Part shown: piece after piece, positions 17,892 through 26,147 of the stretch
Numbering within the stretch: position 1 is the first letter of the stretch
Layout of the letters: the number at the start of each line of letters is the position of its first letter
Assembly: GCF_000018105.1 (NCBI RefSeq)
Contig: NC_009925.1
Span: 2,460,001 to 2,492,000 of the forward strand
Length of the DNA: 32,000 nt
DNA from: Acaryochloris marina MBIC11017
GTDB lineage: Bacteria > Cyanobacteriota > Cyanobacteriia > Thermosynechococcales > Thermosynechococcaceae
Direction: 5' to 3'
Position numbers and translations under genes: made by a program
Notes under the pieces: model-generated
Told to the model about the DNA's origin: nothing
The model's input: only the letters and a program-made list of their open reading frames with translations
Databases searched by the model: none

Positions 17892-17896
17892 AACGG

Positions 17897-18373
17897 TTAT
17901 CCCTGGCTTTGCTGATCGGTTAATGGGGCATAGCCAAACGTAACATTAAACTTCTTACACCAAATCGCAACCGACTGATACTTGGCAAGATCTGCATCTG
18001 CAGGGATCTCATACTGTTGCAACCCCTGAATCTCTTTAAGTTTACTAACCACCTTATAGTCGTCTGGCTCATAAGTTTCTGGCTTTGCATCCTGGTGTAA
18101 CAAGACAAATAAATCAGGGCCTTGATCGGTTTGAAAGGCTTGATCTAATTCAAGGAAAGTCTTACCCTCACTGGAGATTAAGGTCGCGCTTCCCTGGGTA
18201 TTGTAGTTGCCTGAAACAAAAGTGCCTTGAGACAAGATCTTGCTGCTTTCGGCTTTGCTCACAGCAGGCTGTGGAGATCCTTGACCTGCAGAAGTCTCAG
18301 ACTCTGGACTGCCTGAGCATGACATCAGCAGTAAACCGACCCAGAATACCTGACCCAAATATTTCAAGCTCAT
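17897..18373 (-). CDS. DM13 domain lipoprotein (158 aa from the internal ATG)
   Basis: AAGGAAG lies about 7 nt upstream of the ATG at 18373. MSLKYLGQVFWVGLLLMSCSG is a signal peptide with a lipobox. The DM13-like body includes GTFVSGNYNTQGSATLI, GPDLFVLL and YQSVAIWCKKFNVTFGYAPL. The ORF-track start at 18433 has no SD sequence. Confidence 0.75.
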   Translation of the reverse strand: MSLKYLGQVFWVGLLLMSCSGSPESETSAGQGSPQPAVSKAESSKILSQGTFVSGNYNTQGSATLISSEGKTFLELDQAFQTDQGPDLFVLLHQDAKPETYEPDDYKVVSKLKEIQGLQQYEIPADADLAKYQSVAIWCKKFNVTFGYAPLTDQQSQG

Positions 18374-18464
18374 CACCGACTTCCTTTTAAAATTGTTTTG
18401 TGCCCATGATCTCATAAGGGGTGGAGCAAACACCGACCTTCAGTTCTGGCTTCAGTAGGAGATA

Positions 18465-19937
18465 TCACTCATCAAAGGATTGAGATCCTTTGTTTTTGCT
18501 CTCTGCAGCCCGAGGTATAGGGACGTCATTTAACTCATACGACTTGGACACGACAGATAGTTTCGGTTTACTCCGGGTCGGTTGACGACGACGGGCTGTA
18601 TTCTCTTCACTGGTATTCTCGGCAATCACCTCATACAGTAAAGCCAATTTATCGGGATCTTTGCCTTTACGAAGCACTCTTCCTAAGCGCTGTACATATT
18701 CTCGGGTAGAGCCAGTCCCTGATAGGACAATGGCAATACTTGCTTCTGGCACATCGACGCCTTCATTCAGAACACGTGAGGCTACTAGGGTGGGATAGTC
18801 GCCGGAGCGAAACCGCTGCAAAATATCGTGGCGCTCTTTGACGGGTGTTTTATGGGTAATGGCTGGAATAAGAAAATCTTGGGAAATTCGATAGACGGTG
18901 GCGTTGTCGTCGGTAAAGATAAGGGTTTGTTCGGGGTGGTGCTGAGCTAAGAGATCGGCGAGGATACGGAGTTTGCCTTCAGTACCGAATGCGATCGCAC
19001 GGGCCTGACGATGGGCTAACATGGCTCTTCGTCCTGCTTTGGAGCGAGCACTTTCACGCACAAACTGTTGCCACCCCTTTAAGCTACCCAGAAAAATACG
19101 AGCAGATTGGAGAAACTGGTTACGAGTTTGAATCAGCTCGTCGTATCGCTCTCGTTCTTGGGTGGAGAGCTTGACCTGAATTTGGACGGTTTTATGTTTG
19201 GCTAAGGCGACGCCAGACAGTTCTTCAGCCGTTCGGCGATACACGGTCGGACCAATTAGATTATCTAAATCCTCATGCTTACCGTCGCTCCGTTCTGGGG
19301 TAGCGGTGAGTCCCAACCGATAGGGCGCAATGGCATATTCAGCAATCACCCGATTAAAGCTGCTGGGTAAATGGTGGCATTCGTCGAATACTAGTAGACC
19401 ATAGCGATTGCCCAGGTTTTCAGCCTGGATGGCAGCACTATCGTAAGTGGAAATCAGAATTGGGGTACGATCGCGAGATCCACCGCCCAATAAACCAATT
19501 TCAGCATCGGGGAAAGCAGCCACCAAATGGGCATACCACTGGTGCATTAAATCCAGCGTTGGAACCGCGATTAACGTACTGCGTTGGGTGGCCTGAATCA
19601 CCAATTGGGCCAAATAGGTCTTGCCTGCAGCGGTCGGTAAAACCACAACCCCTCGACGGTTTTCCTGCCAAGCGTCTAGCGCCTCTTGCTGATGGCGATA
19701 AGGCTCCATTTGTAGACTGGGGGTCAGTTCCAAAGCCTCATAGGATTTGGCTTGATCCACCAGACGCGGATCAGTGATTTGCGTTGCGGTTAGTAAGGAA
19801 CGGTATGCGATCGCAGGGACCCGGAATCGCTCTACCCGATCATCCCAGGTGGCATAGTCCAACCAATCTTTTCCCTTAGGCGGAGGGTGCAAAATAAGCG
19901 TGCCGCGATCGTAGGTTAAGGTTGGCTTACGCACCAT
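18465..19937 (-). CDS. XPB/Ssl2-like superfamily 2 DNA helicase (490 aa)
   Basis: The N-terminus LTYDRGTLIL resembles the XPB damage-recognition domain. Helicase motifs are I (LPTAAGKT), II (VFDECHH), III (GLTATPER), V (VLNEGVDVPEA) and VI (QRLGRVLR). Confidence 0.8.
   Translation of the reverse strand: MVRKPTLTYDRGTLILHPPPKGKDWLDYATWDDRVERFRVPAIAYRSLLTATQITDPRLVDQAKSYEALELTPSLQMEPYRHQQEALDAWQENRRGVVVLPTAAGKTYLAQLVIQATQRSTLIAVPTLDLMHQWYAHLVAAFPDAEIGLLGGGSRDRTPILISTYDSAAIQAENLGNRYGLLVFDECHHLPSSFNRVIAEYAIAPYRLGLTATPERSDGKHEDLDNLIGPTVYRRTAEELSGVALAKHKTVQIQVKLSTQERERYDELIQTRNQFLQSARIFLGSLKGWQQFVRESARSKAGRRAMLAHRQARAIAFGTEGKLRILADLLAQHHPEQTLIFTDDNATVYRISQDFLIPAITHKTPVKERHDILQRFRSGDYPTLVASRVLNEGVDVPEASIAIVLSGTGSTREYVQRLGRVLRKGKDPDKLALLYEVIAENTSEENTARRRQPTRSKPKLSVVSKSYELNDVPIPRAAESKNKGSQSFDE
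18991..18998. repeat. HIP1 palindrome GCGATCGC
   Basis: Exact octamer. Confidence 0.95.
19807..19814. repeat. HIP1 palindrome GCGATCGC
   Basis: Exact octamer. Confidence 0.95.
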
Positions 19938-20097
19938 TGAAAATGCCTAGATAAGCTGTTTTATGGTTGAGTACCCTTATTCCAACTTACCAGCAGAGTA
20001 TCGGCAACGGTGAGCATCCTTTGTTCGCAGAGGTTACAATCAGTGAGCAGCGGCACTTTGCAATGAATCCTTTGGTGACCTACTTCTGGGAAACGTT

Positions 20098-20766
20098 ATG
20101 ACAACTGGCTCAAAATCTACTTTCACAGCGGATCAGACCTCCACTTGGCTCCGAGGTTTAATGACGATTGCCTGGTCTGATGGCAAATTTGATCCTCAGG
20201 AACAGTCTCTGATTGAAGAAGTAGTGGCGAATGAACTAACGCCTGACCTAGAGAATGATTCCTTTAAACCCATCTCCCCAGAAGAGCTTACCGATGGCTT
20301 AGGCGACAATCCCAAAGTAGCTGAAAACTTTTTGCGGACTGCGGTGATGGTGGCGCTGGCTGATGGGGTCTATTCTAGTTCTGAAGATCAAGTCCTAGAG
20401 ACCTTTGCCCAGGCGCTGCGTGTACAACTAACTGCCGTTGATTCTCTCCGACTCACTCTCGACGGAGAAGCCTTAGACGGCGCACCTAAACCGACAGAAA
20501 AACAGCCTCGCGATCCCCTAAAACCCGTTCGCCAGTGGCTGGATGGATTGGATATTCAAGACCCTGAAGTAGCCCGATTCTTATGCAAAATGATTCCCTC
20601 CCAATGTCCGTTTGAGCGGGATATCACCTTATTTGGCAAAAAGGTCGTACATATTCCTCCTATGTGCAAGCTCAACCCCCTTTACGAGCAGCTGGTCGGC
20701 CTTCGATTTAAGGCCCTGTCCTATCTTGCCGATGAATGTAAAGAGGATGTCTCCTCCTACATTTAG
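20098..20766 (+). CDS. Two-domain protein (222 aa) with an N-terminal TerB-like domain and a C-terminal Mo-dependent-nitrogenase-C (Mo-nitro_C) domain
   Basis: WLRGLMTIAWSDGKFDPQEQSLIEEV and AVMVALADGVYSSSEDQVLE are TerB-type repeats. The tail FLCKMIPSQCPFERDITLFGKKVVHIPPMCKLNPLYEQL matches the cyanobacterial Mo-nitro_C family as I remember it. Confidence 0.65.
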   Translation: MTTGSKSTFTADQTSTWLRGLMTIAWSDGKFDPQEQSLIEEVVANELTPDLENDSFKPISPEELTDGLGDNPKVAENFLRTAVMVALADGVYSSSEDQVLETFAQALRVQLTAVDSLRLTLDGEALDGAPKPTEKQPRDPLKPVRQWLDGLDIQDPEVARFLCKMIPSQCPFERDITLFGKKVVHIPPMCKLNPLYEQLVGLRFKALSYLADECKEDVSSYI

Positions 20767-20851
20767 CGGTTGGTAAAACTTGTAAACCTGTTGATCGACT
20801 GCATCTGAGAGCGCGTATAGTGAAAAACGCGTACCCCTTAGGAGATCTGAG

Positions 20852-21961
20852 ATGAAGGTCAAAGCAGCGGTGGCCCAAGCAGCCGGACAGCCCCTCAGTA
20901 TTGAGACAGTCGATTTGGAAGGCCCCCAAGCAGGGGAAGTCTTGGTGGAGATTAAGGCGACGGGGGTTTGCCATACCGATGCTTACACCTTGTCGGGTGC
21001 GGATCCAGAAGGATTGTTCCCTGCCATCTTGGGGCATGAAGGCGCAGGTGTGGTCGTTGAGGTGGGGCCTGAGGTTAAGTCCCTTAAGCCTGGCGATCAT
21101 GTGATTCCGCTCTATGTACCCGAGTGCCGAACCTGTGAATATTGCTTGAGTGGTAAAACCAACCTTTGTCAGTCCATTCGTGTGACCCAAGGTAAAGGGT
21201 TAATGCCCAATGGCTCTAGCCGGTTTTCTCTGGGCAGTCAGTCACTATTTCACTATATGGGTACCTCCACCTTTGCCAACTACACCGTGGTGCCTGAAAT
21301 TTCCCTAGCCAAAATTCGCAAAGATGCCCCTTTTGATAAGGTCTGTTTGATTGGCTGTGGAGTAACCACAGGTATTGGTGCTGTGATCAATACAGCCAAA
21401 GTAGAACCGGGTGCCAATGTGGTCGTCTTTGGGTTAGGGGGTATTGGTCTCAACGTGATTCAGGCTGCCCGGCTGGTGGGTGCCAATATGATTATTGGGG
21501 TCGATCTGAATCCCGCCAAGCGGCCTCTGGCAGAGAAATTGGGCATGACCCATTTCGTTAATCCCAAGGAGGTAGAAGGAGATTTAGTTCCCTATCTCGT
21601 AGATTTAACGAAAGGCGGGGCTGACTATAGCTTTGAGTGCATCGGCAATGTCGAGGTGATGCGCCAAGCTTTGGAATGCTGCCACAAAGGCTGGGGAGAA
21701 AGCATCATTATTGGGGTTGCAGGTGCGGGTCAAGAAATTAGTACCCGCCCTTTTCAGTTAGTCACCGGACGTGTTTGGAAAGGCACAGCCTTTGGAGGGG
21801 CTAAGGGACGCACGGATGTGCCTAAGATTGTCGATTGGTATATGGATGGCAAGATCGATATCGATTCTTTAGTCACCCACACCATGCCCCTAGAAAAAAT
21901 CAACGATGCCTTTGACTTAATGCATAAGGGCGAATCGATTCGGAGCGTTATCAATTTCTAG
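20852..21961 (+). CDS. frmA: Class III alcohol dehydrogenase / S-(hydroxymethyl)glutathione dehydrogenase (369 aa)
   Basis: The SD sequence TAGGAGA is at 20839-20845. Motifs are [39 protein letters not shown] and GLGGIGL (Rossmann fold), with the C-terminus IRSVINF typical of this family. Confidence 0.9.
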   Translation: MKVKAAVAQAAGQPLSIETVDLEGPQAGEVLVEIKATGVCHTDAYTLSGADPEGLFPAILGHEGAGVVVEVGPEVKSLKPGDHVIPLYVPECRTCEYCLSGKTNLCQSIRVTQGKGLMPNGSSRFSLGSQSLFHYMGTSTFANYTVVPEISLAKIRKDAPFDKVCLIGCGVTTGIGAVINTAKVEPGANVVVFGLGGIGLNVIQAARLVGANMIIGVDLNPAKRPLAEKLGMTHFVNPKEVEGDLVPYLVDLTKGGADYSFECIGNVEVMRQALECCHKGWGESIIIGVAGAGQEISTRPFQLVTGRVWKGTAFGGAKGRTDVPKIVDWYMDGKIDIDSLVTHTMPLEKINDAFDLMHKGESIRSVINF

Positions 21962-22064
21962 GGTGCTGTTGAGCATTGGACTCTTCTGTTTATAAAGCAT
22001 GGCTTGATTAAAGCTGCTGATACATCGCTTTTAGCGGAGGTAATAGGGGATAAGGCTGCACTTA

Positions 22065-22121
22065 AGGATGTATCCTCAGTGAACAGTAGGGAGGATGTAC
22101 CCTCAGTGAACAACAGTAGGG
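22065..22121. repeat. Tandem direct repeat with units of 27 nt (22065-22091) and 30 nt (22092-22121)
   Basis: aggatgtatcctcagtgaacagtaggg is followed directly by aggatgtaccctcagtgaacaacagtaggg. The units differ by one substitution and a 3-nt insertion. Confidence 0.8.
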
Positions 22122-23088
22122 TGGCTGACGGTACTGTTCTATAGGATGACGGACGTTCCATGCATAATCACATTAAATGTGAATGCAGCCTCAGCGTCGA
22201 CAGCGGCAATCGATTAACAAAATTCTTTTCGCTCTTCAGTCACGATACCAGCTTCATGACAGTTAGTTTTCTCTATCAATCTTGAGATAGAGATAGGAAA
22301 CTTTTGACAACTTTTACTTCAGATTAGAAGTCTTATGTATAGCCAGCCAAGCCCTTATTTCTCAGGAATTTCTCAAGTATAGGCTTACTAAATCTGAGGC
22401 AAAAATGGTTGAAGCAGAGTGAAAGACTTGGGTTATGAGGAAAGTGGAGAGATAGAAGTTTTGAACTTATTAAATTGAACAAAAGTTCCAATAATTCGTA
22501 TATTCAGAATCATTATCTCTTGAAAAATAACTCTTGAGCATGCTACAGGGCAACAATCAGAACAGTTGTCAGATGAAAGCATATTTCTCTAAATTTATAT
22601 CAGAAGATAATAAGAATATTTTATTGTCAGATGTTTTATATATTTGCAAATTAAATAATTTGCATAAAATTTACTTCAAGACAAGATAAATATATGTTTT
22701 TTGATTAGATAAGCTCCTGAAAGCTTGAGTAAGTTCTGTCAAAGCCTGACATTCTTTGGCAGCAATAGTTTATGTGCAAGTGAAAGAATCGTGCTGAATT
22801 AAACAGCCATTGCCTCATATCCAATATGTCAATTATCAAGATGGAAGGGTGAGCCAGCATTCAAATCTGCTCAACCAAGATAGAAGCGTTTATAAAACGA
22901 GTCTGTCGAAATAAGCTTATCTCGGCCATAAAACCAGATAGAAGGTAGGAAGGAGCTTTATTCTTTCATAGGCGGTAACTTCCGTGTAAAAGCCTTTCCT
23001 TTACTATCTCAACTCAAACTCAGATTAACTCCATTATTTCATTCCATCTCAATTCATATTTTGAACCTATAGCGATAATTTACAAGCC

Positions 23089-26088
23089 ATGCTCAATGCA
23101 TCCGCTCAACTTAAAGTCATAAAAGAGGGGAATGATATCAATCTTGTATTTAGACTGACTGAGGCCCCATTCAGTATTGGTAAAGATGCTAAGAATTCAC
23201 TAGTTCTTTGGGGAGATACTATCCTCCCGTACCATGCCAGAATCATTTGGCACGTCGACCATTATGAAATTTACAAATCATCTTCGAGTGTAAAACTGTC
23301 AATTAACGGTCATTCTTCACTTTTAAATCCTCAAAAATTACAGATTGGAGATGAAATTCAGATTGGCAATAACAGAATACTATTTGATGATGTACCGTCC
23401 ACTTCTCTCATTGAACCAGAAGCAATTTTACCCGGTACAGTTGTTAACCAGACGACCTGCGATCGCATTCTCCAAGTCACCACATCCCAAGGAACCAAAA
23501 ACTTTCCCCTCAGAAAAGAAACCATCACTGTTGGCCATCATTCAAACTGCGATATTTTTATTGACTGTCCAGTCATCGCTCCACTCCATGCTCATTTAAA
23601 GTGGGGCAGTGATGAAACCTATACCATTACAACTCTAGACCAGACGAATAAGCTCTTTTTTGCCGGGCAATCTATTCAAGAAAAAGTCTTAAAAAATGGT
23701 GATTGCTTTTCGATCAGTAATCAGGTCATTCTCTCCTTTCACCAAGTGCTGCCCGAATCAGAGGCTATCGAGAAATTTGAAACCCTAGAACTGCGAGATC
23801 TCAAACAGTTGACCTTTGGACGAGATCCAGAGAATACTCACGTGATTGACCACCCTGTTGTATCACGGTTTCACACCCAAATTATTTCCAAAGAAGGCTC
23901 CTGGTTCGTCGAAGACCTGCACTCTTCCAATGGAACATTTGTGGATGGTCAACAAATTCGGAGTCAACAACCGCTACACCCCGGTAGCACGATCCGCATT
24001 GGCCCCTATCAATTTGTCTTTAACTTTGATGAAATCCTGGTTCAACAAAATGAGTCTGGCAATCTAAGGCTGGATGCCGTTCATCTGACGAAGGTAGCGG
24101 GTAAGCATAACAATAACGTTCTTTTAAACGATATATCCCTATCCATCCTGCCCCAAGAGTTTGTTGCCATTGTGGGGGGGAGTGGTGCGGGTAAATCAAC
24201 CCTAATGGACGCCTTAAATGGTTTGCGACCGGCCACCAGTGGCTCAGTGCTTGTCAATGAACAAGACCTCTACAAAAACTTCAACCTTTACCGCACTGAA
24301 CTAGGCTATGTCCCCCAAGATGACATTATTCACCGGGAATTAACGGTCAATCAAGCCTTAGACTATGCGGCCCGTTTGCGTCTGCCTGCTGATGTGAATC
24401 GAGCCGAACGCAAGCAACAAATTCAGGCCGTCATTACAGACTTAGAACTGATCGGGAAAGAAAAGTTACGGGTGCGGTCCTTAAGTGGTGGCCAACGCAA
24501 AAGAGTGTCGATGGGTGTGGAGTTGCTCACAAAGCCCAGCTTATTCTTTCTAGATGAAGCAACATCAGGACTGGATCCAGGCACAGAAACATCCATGATG
24601 AAACTGCTGCGACGCCTAGCCGATCAAGGCCGAACCATTCTGCTAATTACCCATGCCACCAAAAACGTTATGTTTTGTGATTTAGTGGTTTTTCTGGCGA
24701 AAGGAGGGCGCATTGCCTATCTGGGACCGCCCACAGATGCACTGTCCTACTTTGGGGTTCAAGACTTTGATGAAATCTATGCCAAGGTCGAAAACGATCA
24801 AACACCGGAAGCATGGGAACATCAATTCCGGCAGTCGAAGCACTACCAAAAATACATTAGAAAACGACAGGCTGGACTCCCTGTTGCGGTCGAGACACCG
24901 AAAACGTCGAAGACCAAACCATCAAAACCTAAATCCAACCATATTTCTGCTTGGCGACAGTTTTCGATTCTATTACAGCGAAATTTGACGATTCTACGGC
25001 AAGATCGCGCCAGTTTGATCTTGATGCTGGCCTTGTCTCCCATTTTGGGTTTACTTGACTTTGTGATGTGGAAACGCACCATGTTTGACACCACAGAGGG
25101 AGAACCCGGCCAAGTCTTTACGCTCCTGTTTGTCACGGTGTTGACGGCTGTCATGGTGGGTAGCTTAGCCATGATGCGGGAAATCGTCAAAGAAAGAGAA
25201 ATATACCGACGCGAGCGGATGATTGGGCTGCAAATTTTGCCCTATGTCTTCTCCAAAGTCTGGCTCAGTATTTTAATTGCCCTCTACCAAGCGGCCATTT
25301 TTCTGCTGACTAAAATGATCGCTGTCAGTATCCCCATTGATGGGAACAGTTTGGTGCAAATGTTTTTCACGCTGTTCTTAGCCACATTGGGGGGCATGAT
25401 CATGGGGTTATTTGTATCAGCACTGGCTCCGAATCAAAGCGTGGCGCCTTTACTGACGATTTTATTTCTACTCCCTCAAATCACCTTCTCTGGGGCAATT
25501 ATGCCCCTGGAAGCGCTAGGAGCACCGGGCCAGGTGTTAAGCCAAATTACGCTAACGCGCTGGTCTTACGAAAGCTTGATTTCATTATCAGGTGTGGGTC
25601 AAGATATCGCCGATGATCCCTGTTGGCAACTATCTGAAGCGGAACGTCAAGACTTGAGTGACTCGAAAAAAGAGCAGTGCAAATGTCTTGGCCCAGCCAT
25701 GTTTGAAAGTTGTACTTTTCCAGCATTACGGCGAGAATATGATCCAGCGGTTGACCAACCGCAACCCGCCAAACCCGTTGATCCGGGCTCTCCTCCCAAG
25801 CTGACGGCAGAAAACCAACTGACCTATGACGATTTAATTCAGGACTACAACAAGAAAGTTGATACGTACCGCCAGGACTTAGATGATTGGCAAGATCAGT
25901 TTAGTGACTGGCGGAAGAAACGCGGCACCGCTATTTCCTCTGCAGAGCTACTAGTGGGCCGCTTCCATGAAGAAGTAGGGTCTGCCTTTGCCATTGATGT
26001 TGGCAAGCATTGGCTCAAGCTAGGCGGAATTATGATGGGGATGCTGAGCTTTATCCTCGTGATTTTGAAACAGCAAGATGTCATCTAA
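23089..26088 (+). CDS. ABC transporter (999 aa) with three N-terminal FHA domains, an ATP-binding domain and an ABC-2 type permease in one polypeptide
   Basis: FHA-like modules lie at about aa 27-99, 145-217 and 241-311. ABC motifs are Walker A GGSGAGKST (24175-24201), signature LSGGQRKR, Walker B LFFLDEATSGLD and the H-loop ITHA. The C-terminal half has multiple hydrophobic helices. Confidence 0.9.
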   Translation: MLNASAQLKVIKEGNDINLVFRLTEAPFSIGKDAKNSLVLWGDTILPYHARIIWHVDHYEIYKSSSSVKLSINGHSSLLNPQKLQIGDEIQIGNNRILFDDVPSTSLIEPEAILPGTVVNQTTCDRILQVTTSQGTKNFPLRKETITVGHHSNCDIFIDCPVIAPLHAHLKWGSDETYTITTLDQTNKLFFAGQSIQEKVLKNGDCFSISNQVILSFHQVLPESEAIEKFETLELRDLKQLTFGRDPENTHVIDHPVVSRFHTQIISKEGSWFVEDLHSSNGTFVDGQQIRSQQPLHPGSTIRIGPYQFVFNFDEILVQQNESGNLRLDAVHLTKVAGKHNNNVLLNDISLSILPQEFVAIVGGSGAGKSTLMDALNGLRPATSGSVLVNEQDLYKNFNLYRTELGYVPQDDIIHRELTVNQALDYAARLRLPADVNRAERKQQIQAVITDLELIGKEKLRVRSLSGGQRKRVSMGVELLTKPSLFFLDEATSGLDPGTETSMMKLLRRLADQGRTILLITHATKNVMFCDLVVFLAKGGRIAYLGPPTDALSYFGVQDFDEIYAKVENDQTPEAWEHQFRQSKHYQKYIRKRQAGLPVAVETPKTSKTKPSKPKSNHISAWRQFSILLQRNLTILRQDRASLILMLALSPILGLLDFVMWKRTMFDTTEGEPGQVFTLLFVTVLTAVMVGSLAMMREIVKEREIYRRERMIGLQILPYVFSKVWLSILIALYQAAIFLLTKMIAVSIPIDGNSLVQMFFTLFLATLGGMIMGLFVSALAPNQSVAPLLTILFLLPQITFSGAIMPLEALGAPGQVLSQITLTRWSYESLISLSGVGQDIADDPCWQLSEAERQDLSDSKKEQCKCLGPAMFESCTFPALRREYDPAVDQPQPAKPVDPGSPPKLTAENQLTYDDLIQDYNKKVDTYRQDLDDWQDQFSDWRKKRGTAISSAELLVGRFHEEVGSAFAIDVGKHWLKLGGIMMGMLSFILVILKQQDVI
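23459..23466. repeat. HIP1 palindrome GCGATCGC
   Basis: Exact octamer. Confidence 0.95.
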
Positions 26089-26147
26089 TCGCTGAAAGAA
26101 CAGTCATCCTGGCTGCCATTTGGACGGTGGTGATCAGGCGAGAGTCA

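Noticed and set aside
20770-20795. An HLR1-like (RpaB-type) direct repeat, GGTAAAAC TT GTAAACC, upstream of frmA
   Set aside because: The two half-sites are 9 bp apart rather than the required 10 bp, and each carries a mismatch. That is insufficient for a call.
20708-21190. A 160-aa minus-strand ORF overlapping frmA and the end of the TerB gene
   Set aside because: It overlaps two confidently identified plus-strand genes and has no recognisable motif.
20852-21961. Absence of an adjacent S-formylglutathione hydrolase (fghA/frmB) gene next to frmA as an anomaly
   Set aside because: Unlinked frmA and fghA genes are common, and the partner may be elsewhere in the genome. This is not informative within a single window.
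21958-22161. A 67-aa minus-strand ORF spanning the tandem repeat (LLLFTEGTSS/LLFTEDTS)
   Set aside because: It overlaps the frmA stop codon and has no SD sequence. The repeated peptide is simply the translation of the tandem DNA repeat.
22146-22656. Mini-ORFs in the AT-rich gap as possible RiPP precursors for the nearby ABC transporter and TldD/PmbA. These are 22146..22217 (MTDVPCIITLNVNAASASTAAID), one starting at 22160, and 22540..22656 (38 aa).
   Set aside because: None has a ribosome-binding site, a leader/core organisation or an adjacent modification enzyme. TldD/PmbA are near-universal housekeeping proteases here and are transcribed convergently to the transporter.
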